This document shows positions 21,470 through 31,521 of a DNA stretch of 64,000 bases, in pieces. Source of the DNA: an uncultured bacterium (lineage in GTDB: Bacteria; Babelota; Babeliae; Babelales; JABCYS01); the NCBI GenBank assembly GCA_963705705.1, contig CAVPKK010000007.1:256001-320000 (forward strand). Reading direction: 5' to 3'. Each line of letters opens with the position of its first letter. Positions within the stretch are counted from its first letter, which is position 1. The translations under genes were made by a program, and so were the position numbers. The notes under the pieces are model-generated. The model did not search any database and was not told the DNA's origin. It saw only the letters and a list, made by a program, of their open reading frames with translations.

Positions 21470-24400
21470 TTATTTGTTTTGAGCAGCGGTATTTGTATTA
21501 CCTGCTTGCTGCATTAATTTGTATATATTGAATGCGATCGCAAATAACACTAAGTTTTTGCGGCGCTCAAGCGATGAAGCTTGTTCAACTTCTGAACCTA
21601 TTGGTGCTACAGACGGAGCATCAGAGCCTGTCGTTTTAGGTTCGACAATTCGTTCCGATAAATTCGGTGCACTCACTGCGCGAAGATCAATATTTCTTGC
21701 AGCGTTAGGTTCTTCAATTCTCGTTCTTTTGGTAGCAATTTCTGAATCTGAAGTTGAACCAGTTTGCTCCCCAGCTGCTCGCTTAGCAGCCATACGCATA
21801 CTTAATTCTTCAAAGCCAACGTTTCTAAACATTAAGCCCGATGGTTGACTAGGCATTACAGGCAACGCGATGGGTGATAAAAGCGGTACATGATTGTGAG
21901 ACATTTCTTCTTCATCACTTTCATAGCTATATGCTACCAATGAATTAGATATATCGGCCATGCGGTCCTGGGCAGAAATAGGCCGTGCCATAGTCTGAGC
22001 AATCGGGCTCGGTTGCGGCAGAATTGCTGAACTCACATCGGCCATGCTTGTCTGCAATCTCTGAGCACTAGGGCTCGGAGATAGTACTGTTTGTGAATCT
22101 TGAGCCATTTTATCAAGCTGAACTTTTGCCATCTTTCGAACTTCTTCTGGATACGTCGCTCCATACGCAACCCTCTTGAAAAGTATTCGAGCCGTTTCCC
22201 TATCTGGCTCAAACAGACCTTCACCCGATAAATTCATCAATCCTTGTTGGTAGAGAGCATCCGCTTGAATGTGTGGATGTTTTTCTGGGGACAGGAAAGA
22301 AGAATTATCTTGGTCTACAGCCAAATCAAAGCAGGAGAAAGCTTTTCTAGGATTTATAGCCACACCAAGTCCGCGACGATACATGATCCCCACATAAACA
22401 TGCGCCTTATAGAAAGCCTTTGAATTTTTGTATTGATTCCAGGCACGCTTAAACCAGCGCATAGCTGATGCATAGTTTTCTTCTTTCAAATATTTTTCGC
22501 CAAGACGGATAAATTCATCCGCCTTTTGAGAAACGGATAATCCCTGTAAAGAATTTTCTTCGTCCTTATCAGAAAAATTTGAATACAATGAAAGCGAAGA
22601 AGCGCTTGGGCTTAAGCTTGATGAGCTGGCGCTCGGGGAAATAATTGGCTCATCTTCCATAGGCTTGGTTGAATTACGGTATTGAGCTAATTTAGCACGT
22701 GCAAAATCTCGTGTTTCAATGTCAAAATCTTGTGTTGCGACTTGCTGCAACAAATCTTGGCCTGTGTGTACATTAGGTTCGACAACCAATTCTCCGGCTT
22801 TATTTTTTCGTCCCTCACAAAGCATCACACCCAGATGATATTTGGCTCGACATTCTGACCAAGGGCCATCCTGATTTTTTAGGACTTCCTCAAAACATTT
22901 ACGTGCCGCCCCCCAACCGCGCCCATTCATGCAGCGAACGCCACTTAATAGATTAGGGCTATATCTGGGACGAGCCGGTTCTGTTACTTGCAGTGCCGCG
23001 CTCGGAGAGCTAAATGGAGCAGGTAGGATCTTTATATCACTATCTTCATCGCTTGAAATATCCACCTTAATTTTGTATTCGGCCTCGCCATCAGACGCAT
23101 TGTCTTCGTCTATTGCTGCTAACAGTTCTGCCAAGCCATTTGGTTGATCGTTTACGGTTGGTAGATCTTTTAACGATTCCTTGGCTAAAGCAGTTATTTC
23201 TTTATTAACTGTTTGGTTAGCTGCCTGTTGTAATAAGGTTCGAGCTTCATTCGGATCTTGTGGACCGCCTTTTCCATTAATAAGCAACAGGGATAATTTA
23301 TATTGAGCCTCAGCCACTGCATGAGCATCATCATTCTTTTTTATCGCCTTACGATAAAAATCGCGCGTTGCCTTGTAAATTTGCTGTTTCATAGCCTTTT
23401 CAGCGCTATTCAAATATTCTTTTGACGTACGTAGGCCTAATTGCGCACGCGAAATAGTTTCGCCAAAACTATACGAGCTTGAACTGCTAGAACTTGAACT
23501 TGATGAACTAACGCGAGCTGGCTCCGAAGAAACAGCCTTCTTTTCAAGCCTAGCTAACTTTTCTCGAGCCTTGTCGCGGGCTTGAAAGTTTGTATCTTGG
23601 GCTGCAGCTTGCTCTAATAAAGCACGACCTGCTTCTCTATCACGCTTAATAACCTGATGCCCTTTTCTACCGTCAACCAGCATTGATCCCAAGAAATATT
23701 GAGCTTTGGGGGTTGCCCATAGGTCATCTGACTGCTCAATAATTTGTTCAAATTTTGTACGCGCAATTGCATAGTTGGTGGCGTTCATGCAACTAACAGC
23801 ATCCAGTAGAGTTGGTACTTCTGCAATTTTATCGCCAGCTGAACGATATTTATTTAATGCTTTTTTGGCTAAGTTGCGAATATTTTCATTAGCCGATTGT
23901 GCAGCAGCCTTCTCCCATAGCTTATATGCTTTGATTGGGTCGCCGCCTTTTTTAACAATCAATGTACCCAATTTATAACGAGCTTCGGCTACGGCATTCG
24001 CATCGTCAGCCTTTTCTATCGCTCGATTAAAAGAACGCATCGCAGCCGCAAATTGGCTATCGCACGCATAATGATCTGCCTGAGTTACATAGTCTCGAGA
24101 ACTACGGTTCTTCCTCTTGGGTGTTCCGGGTTTTTTGCCCAACCCCGTATTAACAGACGAGCTAGGTGAGCTTGAGCTTGAAACTGGGGCGGTTGGCGCA
24201 GACGGCGCATTTAATGGAATAGTAGTCGCTGGTCTACTTTTTAGTTTAACTAACTCTTCTTTTGCAAGGGTACGTATTTTTTCAACAAACTCCTGTCTGC
24301 TCGCGGCATACAAGAATGTTCGTCCATTTTCTATATTCTGTAGGCCGCCTTCACCATCGACAAGAAGTTTTCCTAAGTAAAAGCTTGCATAGGCGATTGC

Positions 24401-24673
24401 CCATCGTGGATTATCTTGTTTATTGAGCACTTTTCGAAAGCAGTTTCGTGCAAGATTTGGCCTATCCATAACCAAATGTTCAAGCGCTGCATTAATCATT
24501 GGGTGTCGCTGGTCAGGCGTCAATGGAACCAATCGGCTGAACCTTCTCGCTTGTTCAACGGCATTATGCGGGTTAGATGAATGGCTTGAAGAAGGGGATG
24601 CCGGCGAACCCAAAAGGCTCGGGACAGCAATAAAGGTTGCAAGTAAAGAGGTGATTATAGTTTTTTGAATCAT
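21470..24673 (-). CDS. Secreted Sel1/TPR-like modular repeat protein (about 6 modules)
   Basis: Likely start MIQKTII after GGAAGG; repeated A-x-Y-x-LG-x-LL-x2-G-x-GG-x2-D modules, GIMYRRGLGV, poly-Ser linkers. Confidence 0.82.
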   Translation of the reverse strand: MIQKTIITSLLATFIAVPSLLGSPASPSSSHSSNPHNAVEQARRFSRLVPLTPDQRHPMINAALEHLVMDRPNLARNCFRKVLNKQDNPRWAIAYASFYLGKLLVDGEGGLQNIENGRTFLYAASRQEFVEKIRTLAKEELVKLKSRPATTIPLNAPSAPTAPVSSSSSPSSSVNTGLGKKPGTPKRKNRSSRDYVTQADHYACDSQFAAAMRSFNRAIEKADDANAVAEARYKLGTLIVKKGGDPIKAYKLWEKAAAQSANENIRNLAKKALNKYRSAGDKIAEVPTLLDAVSCMNATNYAIARTKFEQIIEQSDDLWATPKAQYFLGSMLVDGRKGHQVIKRDREAGRALLEQAAAQDTNFQARDKAREKLARLEKKAVSSEPARVSSSSSSSSSSSSYSFGETISRAQLGLRTSKEYLNSAEKAMKQQIYKATRDFYRKAIKKNDDAHAVAEAQYKLSLLLINGKGGPQDPNEARTLLQQAANQTVNKEITALAKESLKDLPTVNDQPNGLAELLAAIDEDNASDGEAEYKIKVDISSDEDSDIKILPAPFSSPSAALQVTEPARPRYSPNLLSGVRCMNGRGWGAARKCFEEVLKNQDGPWSECRAKYHLGVMLCEGRKNKAGELVVEPNVHTGQDLLQQVATQDFDIETRDFARAKLAQYRNSTKPMEDEPIISPSASSSSLSPSASSLSLYSNFSDKDEENSLQGLSVSQKADEFIRLGEKYLKEENYASAMRWFKRAWNQYKNSKAFYKAHVYVGIMYRRGLGVAINPRKAFSCFDLAVDQDNSSFLSPEKHPHIQADALYQQGLMNLSGEGLFEPDRETARILFKRVAYGATYPEEVRKMAKVQLDKMAQDSQTVLSPSPSAQRLQTSMADVSSAILPQPSPIAQTMARPISAQDRMADISNSLVAYSYESDEEEMSHNHVPLLSPIALPVMPSQPSGLMFRNVGFEELSMRMAAKRAAGEQTGSTSDSEIATKRTRIEEPNAARNIDLRAVSAPNLSERIVEPKTTGSDAPSVAPIGSEVEQASSLERRKNLVLFAIAFNIYKLMQQAGNTNTAAQNK

Positions 24674-24744
24674 GATTTCCTTCCATTTTTGGCCTTTATG
24701 CCCTCGCCTGGGGATGAAGACCCTTGAATCCATTTAGTCAAACA

Positions 24745-24772
24745 ATTATCCATAATTATTTCTTATAGTCAA
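24745..24772 (-). promoter_or_regulatory. Putative sigma70-like promoter, duplicated at ~27446-27473
   Basis: Minus strand TTGACT-16nt-GATAAT, conserved upstream of both large Sel1 paralogs. Confidence 0.55.
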
Positions 24773-24834
24773 AAGGTACAGGGTCAATAAGGAGAAGATA
24801 ATTGGCCTGATAGGCCGCTTATGGGCCATTTTCA

Positions 24835-27363
24835 TTATTTGTTATTAGCCAAGCCATTTGTGTTGCCTGCTTCTTGCTGCATTAGTTTGAATATATTGAA
24901 TGCGACCGCAAATAATATTAAGTTTTTGCGTCGCTCAAGCGATGAGGTTTGTTCAACTTCTGTTGTTTTAGGTTCGACAGATTGTTCCAATAAATTCGGT
25001 GCACTCACTGCGCGAAGATCAATATTTCTTGCAGCGTTAGGTTCTTCTATTCTCGTTCTCTTAGCCGCAACTTCTGAATCTGAAGTTGAACCAGTTTGCT
25101 CCCCCGCTGCTCGTTTAGCAGCAAAACGTGCACTCAATTCTGCAAAGCTAACGTTTCTAAACATTAACCCCGATGGTTGACTAGGGCTGCCGGCTAACGG
25201 CATCACACTAGGCGATAGGAGTGGCAACGGACTTTGAGACATTTCTTCTTCATCACTGTCATAGCTATACGCGACCAAAGATTCAGCTATATCGGCCATG
25301 CGTTCCCTGACAGGGCTAGGAGCTACAACCTGTGTCGTCGGGCTTGGTTGATGCAGAATTGGCGAACTTACATCGGCCATGCTTGTCTGCAATCTCTGAG
25401 CAGTCGGGCTTGGAGCAAGTATCGGTTGTGAATCATCAACCATTTTATCAAGGTGAAGTTTTGCTTGGTTTCGTGCCTTTTCTGGATACGTAGGTTCATA
25501 CGCAACTTTTTTGAAAAAGTAACGCGCCCTTTCCCAATTTGGGGACTCATTAGCTTCACCATTTAGATACATTTCACCTTCGTTTAGAAAAGCGTTCGCT
25601 TCAATTGCTGGATACTTAATCGAAGACAGGAAAGCAGAATTTTCCTGTTTTGCGGCAATCTCAAAGCATGAAAAAGCTTTTTTTGGATTTCTAGGCATAC
25701 CTAAACCTCGACGATACATCATTCCCAGATTCAATTGTGCCTTATAATGAGCCTCTGTATTTGTATATTGATTCCACGCACGTTTAAACCAATACGTCGC
25801 TTGGCCATAATCTTCATCATCCAAACATTTTTCACCAAGGCGAATACATTCAGCTGCCTTTTGAAAGGGGGGCAGGCCACTCAAATTATGCTCATCTTTA
25901 TCAGAAACATTTTGCTTCATTGACGATTTTGGCAAAGAAGGGCTCGGGCTCGAGCTAGATGAAACAGGTAAAATCTCTTCAATATCACTGTCTTCGCCGC
26001 TCGAATTTTCAACTTCATACTCAGCTTCACCATCAGATGCATTGTTTTCAGCTGCCTCTGCCAAATGAGTTGGCAAGTCGTTTAACGCTTTCTTAGCTAA
26101 GGCACTTATTTCTTTATTAACTGTTTGATTAGCCGCTCTTTCCAATAACCTTCGGGCTTCCTTCGGATCTTGCACGCCACCTTTTCCTTCAGCAATCAAC
26201 AAGGCTAATTTATATTGAGCCTCAGCGACTGCACGCGCATCATCATTCTTTTTTATCGCTAATTGATAATAATATCTTGCTCTTGGATATAGTGGACGAC
26301 TGTTAGCTGTCATTGCCGTGTGAGCACTCTGCAAATATTCCTTTGAGGTCCGTACGCCCTTCATTGCACGTGACATGGTTTCGCTATAGCTATAGGAGCT
26401 TGAGCTGCTAGAACTTGAGCTTGATGAACTAACGCGAGCTGGCTCTGAAGAAATATCCTTCTTTTCAAATTCGTCTAACTTTCCTTGGGCTAGATCGCGG
26501 GCTTCCATATTTGCATCTTGCGCCGCAACCTTTTGCAATAGTGCACGGCCAGCTGGAATATTCTGCGCTACATCCTGTGAACTATTCGGTCCTTTTCTAC
26601 CTTCAATCAACATTGAGCCTAAATAATATTGGGATTTAGCAGTTGCCCATGCATCATTAGCTTGGCGAATAACTTCTCCAAATTTTAGTAATGCGCTTGC
26701 AAAATTCTTACTATTCATACAAACCGAAGCACCTATAAAAAGTTTGTTAGGAACACGATTTGTTGGCGCAGTTATCCGTTTCTTCTTCTTTGGAGTCCTG
26801 CTTGGAACAGCCGAGCTTGGTGAGCTCGAAGAACTTACAGATGTCGGTAGATATTCTTCCTCTTCATCATCCGATTGCAGAGCTTGGACTCGTTCAATTT
26901 CTTGCTGTGCATATTTTTGTATTTTTTTGCTCTCATGGTCTTGTTTAGCTGCCTTTTTAAGGAAATAAAGACCTTCCTCTATGTCTTTGGGACCACCTAA
27001 ACCATCAACAAGCAACTTGCCATAATGGAAATGGGTATATGCCCACCCTACCTTTTCTTGGGTGGTACCGCCTTTCAGCATTAACCTTAAATGTGAGCGT
27101 GCTTTGTAATATTGCTTTTGTCCTAATAAATCGAGGGCTCCGTCCAAGGTAAATGAATGGGCACCTGGTTCAGATACAATCAGTGAATTCCTAGGCAGTG
27201 CATTTTCAGCAGCAGCACTTGTAGAATCAGACATTAACGCTTGCTCAATAATTTGATGTGTCCTGCTTAGCGAACTACTTGATGATTCAGAAGTTCCGAG
27301 CATGAAAGCCGGAATGGTAGTAAGAAATATTAATATAGAGGTGCTTATTTGTTGCTTGATCAT
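24835..27363 (-). CDS. Secreted Sel1/TPR-like modular repeat protein (about 4 modules), paralog of 21470-24673
   Basis: Signal peptide, PKKKKR, LGMMYRRGLG; C-terminus nearly identical to the paralog (AAKRAAGEQTGSTSDSE...SSLERRKNL). Confidence 0.82.
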   Translation of the reverse strand: MIKQQISTSILIFLTTIPAFMLGTSESSSSSLSRTHQIIEQALMSDSTSAAAENALPRNSLIVSEPGAHSFTLDGALDLLGQKQYYKARSHLRLMLKGGTTQEKVGWAYTHFHYGKLLVDGLGGPKDIEEGLYFLKKAAKQDHESKKIQKYAQQEIERVQALQSDDEEEEYLPTSVSSSSSPSSAVPSRTPKKKKRITAPTNRVPNKLFIGASVCMNSKNFASALLKFGEVIRQANDAWATAKSQYYLGSMLIEGRKGPNSSQDVAQNIPAGRALLQKVAAQDANMEARDLAQGKLDEFEKKDISSEPARVSSSSSSSSSSSSYSYSETMSRAMKGVRTSKEYLQSAHTAMTANSRPLYPRARYYYQLAIKKNDDARAVAEAQYKLALLIAEGKGGVQDPKEARRLLERAANQTVNKEISALAKKALNDLPTHLAEAAENNASDGEAEYEVENSSGEDSDIEEILPVSSSSSPSPSLPKSSMKQNVSDKDEHNLSGLPPFQKAAECIRLGEKCLDDEDYGQATYWFKRAWNQYTNTEAHYKAQLNLGMMYRRGLGMPRNPKKAFSCFEIAAKQENSAFLSSIKYPAIEANAFLNEGEMYLNGEANESPNWERARYFFKKVAYEPTYPEKARNQAKLHLDKMVDDSQPILAPSPTAQRLQTSMADVSSPILHQPSPTTQVVAPSPVRERMADIAESLVAYSYDSDEEEMSQSPLPLLSPSVMPLAGSPSQPSGLMFRNVSFAELSARFAAKRAAGEQTGSTSDSEVAAKRTRIEEPNAARNIDLRAVSAPNLLEQSVEPKTTEVEQTSSLERRKNLILFAVAFNIFKLMQQEAGNTNGLANNK

Positions 27364-27572
27364 GTTTCCCTTCCATTTTGGCCTTTAAATGCCCAGGAGG
27401 CGCTTGCCTTTGGGCCAAGGACTCTAGAATCCATTTGGTCCTCCAATTATCCATAATTGTTTCTTATAGTCAAAAGGCTAGGGGGCCAAAGGGATGCATT
27501 TTTAGGCCTTGATTTTTGACCAAAGCAGTACTGGGTAATAAGCCCTTTTTGGACAAATGGACGTGAATTTGG

Positions 27573-29363
27573 CTATCGGCCGCCCCCGCCGCCGCCACCG
27601 CCACCGCCGCCGGAAAAGCCGCGGCCGCCAGATCCTGATGAGCTGCCAGGTGCCCGTGTTGAGGAGGAAATTGCTGTAGTCAGCGATGAATGAAGCGATG
27701 AGCTGAAATCGTGCGAATAGAATCTGCCACGCCCCATATACCAGCCTGGCACATAGGCATGACCCTGGCGGGCAAGCTCGGCAAATACGCGGTCAAATTG
27801 CAGGGTCCACTGGGCATCAACCCCAAGCGCCATGGCGTAGGGAAGGTATTTTTCATAGAGCTCAGGGGTCTTGGTCGGCGGTGAACCGATGACCTTCATC
27901 CGCTCGGCCTCGACGGTGCTTAGATACATTTTAAAGCCTTCAATCTCATCCCGCAGCTTTTTCCCATCTGGCGAATAGATCTTAAACCAATGGCTAAAAA
28001 GGCTCACGCCGCAGCCGACAAGAATTAGGACTAAAACGTATAAAGCCGTCGTTTCGATGCCCATGAAATCCTGCTCATAATGCGGTAGCCAGAGCGAAAC
28101 GATACCAAACCCTAACGCAAGAAGAGCTGCAAAAAAACCAATCTGCATTGCCGGAGGAACGGGCAGATTAATAAGATAACGAGATAATCGGCTATTTTCC
28201 TGTGCGACATCAATAGCATTTTTTATAATGGCCCGGTTCGACTGCGTCATTTTTATGACATTGCCTTTGGAAAAAAGCGCACTCATCAACATGCCATCAT
28301 AGGATGATTGCCAGTGCGGATCAGCCGCGATCCATTCTTTAAGATCTTTCGTTGTGGTAAGGGTGTAATCAGATGATAAACCCCACAAACGCGTGGTGGT
28401 AGATATAGTGATATAGCCGGAAACTGCCAGATTAACAATGTCAGGCGCCAACATGGGATCAAGAAATTTCTTTTGCAGGAGCGCAGCAACTGCTGAGGGC
28501 ATCATTCCGGCCGGCGGATAAAAGCGAGGTATGATGGTGCCAGGCCTATCGGCTACAGACATCAAATGCCAGCAATGCAGATAAAAAATTCCCAACAGGC
28601 AAAGCACAAGAAAGATGAGTATTAATAATGCATTATCGGCGAAAAACCAATACAATTTAGTCGTCCACGATGGCTCAGTTACAACACCTTTGGGCCACGT
28701 TACGGCTATCGTAATGCCTTCTAGCGGGCGCAGCGGCTTTGTGGTTGCAAAGTAAATATAAGGTCCAAGGGCCCGATTGCCCTGAGTGTTTTGCGCAGCA
28801 AAATGTATCGAATGGGTGTAATTGGTCTCCTGCTCGCCGTAATATCCAGTATAGGCCTCTGCAGTAATATCCTTGTTTTCAATTCCAGCAGGAAGATGTA
28901 CCACTACTTCTGCTTTATCAATGGGCAAACGCCAACCGTTACCAGTTACATTCCAATATAGTTCGTCCTGATGTGAGAAAAAACCAAGTTGGCGATTAGT
29001 CGCATATTCAATGATATAGGTATGCTTTCCTGGCGTTAGTAAATTTTCACCGCCAATAAGCACCTTTTGCCCATTGCTGGCATGCTCAAGCTCGTATTCC
29101 GCAGGCACACCATCTTGAAGCACTTTCAGAATCTGAAACGATACAACGTAATTGCTGCCTAGGTGCCGGTAATGTGTAGGAAATTCGCGAATGATCCCAC
29201 GTCGAATAGCATTGCCTTCGCTGATAACCTGTATGGTTTCACGAACCAATAAGGTGGCATCCTTATTAATAGTTATATCACTATGGAATAAGGTGATTGC
29301 CTCGCGGGCGTACGCGAAAATTGTCCAAAAAGACAAGGCTAGGATTTTGATTTTGAAGTTCAT
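27573..29363 (-). CDS. DUF2207 family membrane protein
   Basis: ELYWNVTGNGW, YEKYLPYAMALGV, Gly-rich C-tail; adjacent to lemA. Confidence 0.88.
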   Translation of the reverse strand: MNFKIKILALSFWTIFAYAREAITLFHSDITINKDATLLVRETIQVISEGNAIRRGIIREFPTHYRHLGSNYVVSFQILKVLQDGVPAEYELEHASNGQKVLIGGENLLTPGKHTYIIEYATNRQLGFFSHQDELYWNVTGNGWRLPIDKAEVVVHLPAGIENKDITAEAYTGYYGEQETNYTHSIHFAAQNTQGNRALGPYIYFATTKPLRPLEGITIAVTWPKGVVTEPSWTTKLYWFFADNALLILIFLVLCLLGIFYLHCWHLMSVADRPGTIIPRFYPPAGMMPSAVAALLQKKFLDPMLAPDIVNLAVSGYITISTTTRLWGLSSDYTLTTTKDLKEWIAADPHWQSSYDGMLMSALFSKGNVIKMTQSNRAIIKNAIDVAQENSRLSRYLINLPVPPAMQIGFFAALLALGFGIVSLWLPHYEQDFMGIETTALYVLVLILVGCGVSLFSHWFKIYSPDGKKLRDEIEGFKMYLSTVEAERMKVIGSPPTKTPELYEKYLPYAMALGVDAQWTLQFDRVFAELARQGHAYVPGWYMGRGRFYSHDFSSSLHSSLTTAISSSTRAPGSSSGSGGRGFSGGGGGGGGGGGR

Positions 29364-29365
29364 GT

Positions 29366-29932
29366 TTAAAATTGTACGGGCGGTACGTTACGTTCTTCTG
29401 ATGCATTAAGTTCGAAATAAGCAGCAGGCTGGAATCCGAAGGTACGCGCAATAATGGTGCTTGGGAATTGGACTGTAGCAACATTATAGTTACGCGCAGT
29501 ACCGTTGTAATAACGTCGGGCCATCTGCAATTCTTGTTCGATCAAGCTCATCTCTTTTTGCAGCATCAGAAAGTTTTCATTCGCTTTAAGCTCAGGATAA
29601 TTTTCAGCCACGGCAAAAAGTGTTTTGAGTGTTTGCGAAAGGCCAGCTTCGGCTACCGATTTTTGCTCTACATTTGATGCACCAATCGCAGCAGCTCGCA
29701 TACGGCCGAGCTCTTCAAAGATGCTTTTTTCATGAATGCTATACCCTTTAACCACGGTAACAAGCTGGGGTATTAAATCATAACGCCGCTTGAGCTGAAC
29801 ATCGATGCCACTCCAAGCTTCATTTAAAAGTGCCTTAAGTTGGACAAATCGATTATAAGATCCAATGGCCCAAAGTATTGTAAGGGCGAGAATAGCGATG
29901 GTGATAAGTGCAATTGTTGTAATAGTCGTCAT
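29366..29932 (-). CDS. lemA: LemA family protein
   Basis: AWSGIDVQLKRRYDLIP, AVAENYPELKANENF, ARRYYN. Confidence 0.95.
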   Translation of the reverse strand: MTTITTIALITIAILALTILWAIGSYNRFVQLKALLNEAWSGIDVQLKRRYDLIPQLVTVVKGYSIHEKSIFEELGRMRAAAIGASNVEQKSVAEAGLSQTLKTLFAVAENYPELKANENFLMLQKEMSLIEQELQMARRYYNGTARNYNVATVQFPSTIIARTFGFQPAAYFELNASEERNVPPVQF

Positions 29933-30056
29933 TTAATTCCTTGTAGCATTAGTGGTCAAGCGATCTCATTTTTACTCATCTGAGCTCTTGCGTCAAATAC
30001 AGCACTTGCTTGCCAAGAAGCCGCCGTTGGCTAAACTATTGCGCACTTATCGATAG

Positions 30057-30131
30057 GCCGATGTAGCTCAGCGGCAGAGCAACTGATTCGTAATCAGTAG
30101 GTCGCCAGTTCAATTCTGGCCATCGGCTCCA
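30057..30131 (+). tRNA. tRNA-Thr (CGT)
   Basis: Acceptor stem GCCGATG/CATCGGC, D arm TAGCTCAG, anticodon arm ACTGA-TTCGTAA-TCAGT, GTTCAA T loop, encoded CCA. Confidence 0.96.
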
Positions 30132-30143
30132 CTTATTAAAGAT

Positions 30144-30992
30144 CTATTCTTTTTCTTCATTTTTAACATCATCTGCTGATGTTGGAGAAGTCTTTGCTGG
30201 TGCAGGCAAAGCAGGAATTCTACGCCAAGCCAAAGCATCATTGACTAAATCTACATATCCTTTGGCTTTCTTTAGGACTGCCAACGTTGGCGGATATGCA
30301 TGATGCAAATCGAAAGCTTGGGTATAAAAATCCTTAGCAAAGCTGTGAATTGGCCCAATCTTGCCCGAAGCTCCAAAATGTTCCATGGCGCATTCTGCAT
30401 AGGCAATAATGGACATACATTGGAGTAAGCCATCATTAAAAAAATCTCTGTTGAGAGATTTTTTTATCTGGGTTAATTTTGCAAAAACCATCTTAGAAAA
30501 CTCTAAAGCACATGTATCGGCATCCTGACCTTTAAGGAACTGTCCATGAGAATCAGCTTGCAACATTGCACCTTCAAGTTCTGCTCTCAGTTCACCAGTT
30601 TTGGCCGAAATATAAGTTGCAAAATCCAAACCAAACTCTTTCAATATGTCGTCATATGTTCCTACAATGAGCACCCAACAGCGAGCGTCAAGTCCACGTC
30701 GTTTATGCAGAGGAACCCGCTGCAATGATATAGGAATAAAAAAAGGATTATCACTTATTATTACTCGGACATAACCCCAAGCTGCTGGCTCAGGAAAAAG
30801 GCTAGGCTGAGTTGCAACCTTCGGTTTTCCCAAGGGCTTCATACTAAAGATACCAGCAGTAGCGTCTGATCTTTCTTGGATAATGATACCATTGTCAGAA
30901 ACATCGCTCATTGGCACAGCAGAAGTTCCCTTGAGATGGGAAACAATTGCTAATACCATGATGAAAGATTTGATGAGATTTTTAATAAACAT
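30144..30992 (-). CDS. Secreted hypothetical protein
   Basis: 282-aa ORF with signal-like N-terminus and GGAAGGA RBS. Confidence 0.65.
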   Translation of the reverse strand: MFIKNLIKSFIMVLAIVSHLKGTSAVPMSDVSDNGIIIQERSDATAGIFSMKPLGKPKVATQPSLFPEPAAWGYVRVIISDNPFFIPISLQRVPLHKRRGLDARCWVLIVGTYDDILKEFGLDFATYISAKTGELRAELEGAMLQADSHGQFLKGQDADTCALEFSKMVFAKLTQIKKSLNRDFFNDGLLQCMSIIAYAECAMEHFGASGKIGPIHSFAKDFYTQAFDLHHAYPPTLAVLKKAKGYVDLVNDALAWRRIPALPAPAKTSPTSADDVKNEEKE

Positions 30993-31124
30993 TAGATTCC
31001 TTCCATTTTTACCAAATCAAAAAGTCTGGCTGAAATTAGGGTACCGAATAGTTTTTTGGGATGCAAAAGCCCAGGGCCCTGGAAGGAAGGCCTCCAAAAA
31101 TAGGATCTAATGAATGCGTAATAT

Positions 31125-31469
31125 CTAGCCTTCGGCAGCTTCTTGGCAGGCAAGGCAGCGGGTGGCATTCGGGTATACAATCAGCCGTTTTTCTGAAATT
31201 GGTTGCGCGCAATCGATACATACACCATATTGGCCATTATCGATTTTCTTCAGCACATCAAGAATCATATTATATTCAGCCAATTCCTTATTTTGCAAGG
31301 TGCTGCGTAGCTCCTCCATTGTGGTAGCAAGTGCCTGGTCAATGGGATCTTGGACCTGATCATCCGAGAATTTTTCGTTATATAGACCTTCCAATTCTTC
31401 TTCAAGTTGGTGTTTGCGTTCGACAAGCTTAGCTTTGATTTGGATAAGCTCTTTTTGAGCAAGTTTCAT
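31125..31469 (-). CDS. dksA: DksA/TraR C4 zinc-finger protein
   Basis: Coiled coil with DPIDQA, YGVCIDC...I...RL...P.ATRCLAC. Confidence 0.9.
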   Translation of the reverse strand: MKLAQKELIQIKAKLVERKHQLEEELEGLYNEKFSDDQVQDPIDQALATTMEELRSTLQNKELAEYNMILDVLKKIDNGQYGVCIDCAQPISEKRLIVYPNATRCLACQEAAEG

Positions 31470-31521
31470 GCCATCCTCTCCTTTTACCTTGCAGCGATCA
31501 ATGTGTGAACTCTAAATGAGC

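Noticed and set aside
30057..31000. Integrative element at tRNA-Thr
   Set aside because: No integrase and no duplicated tRNA 3' end seen in the window.
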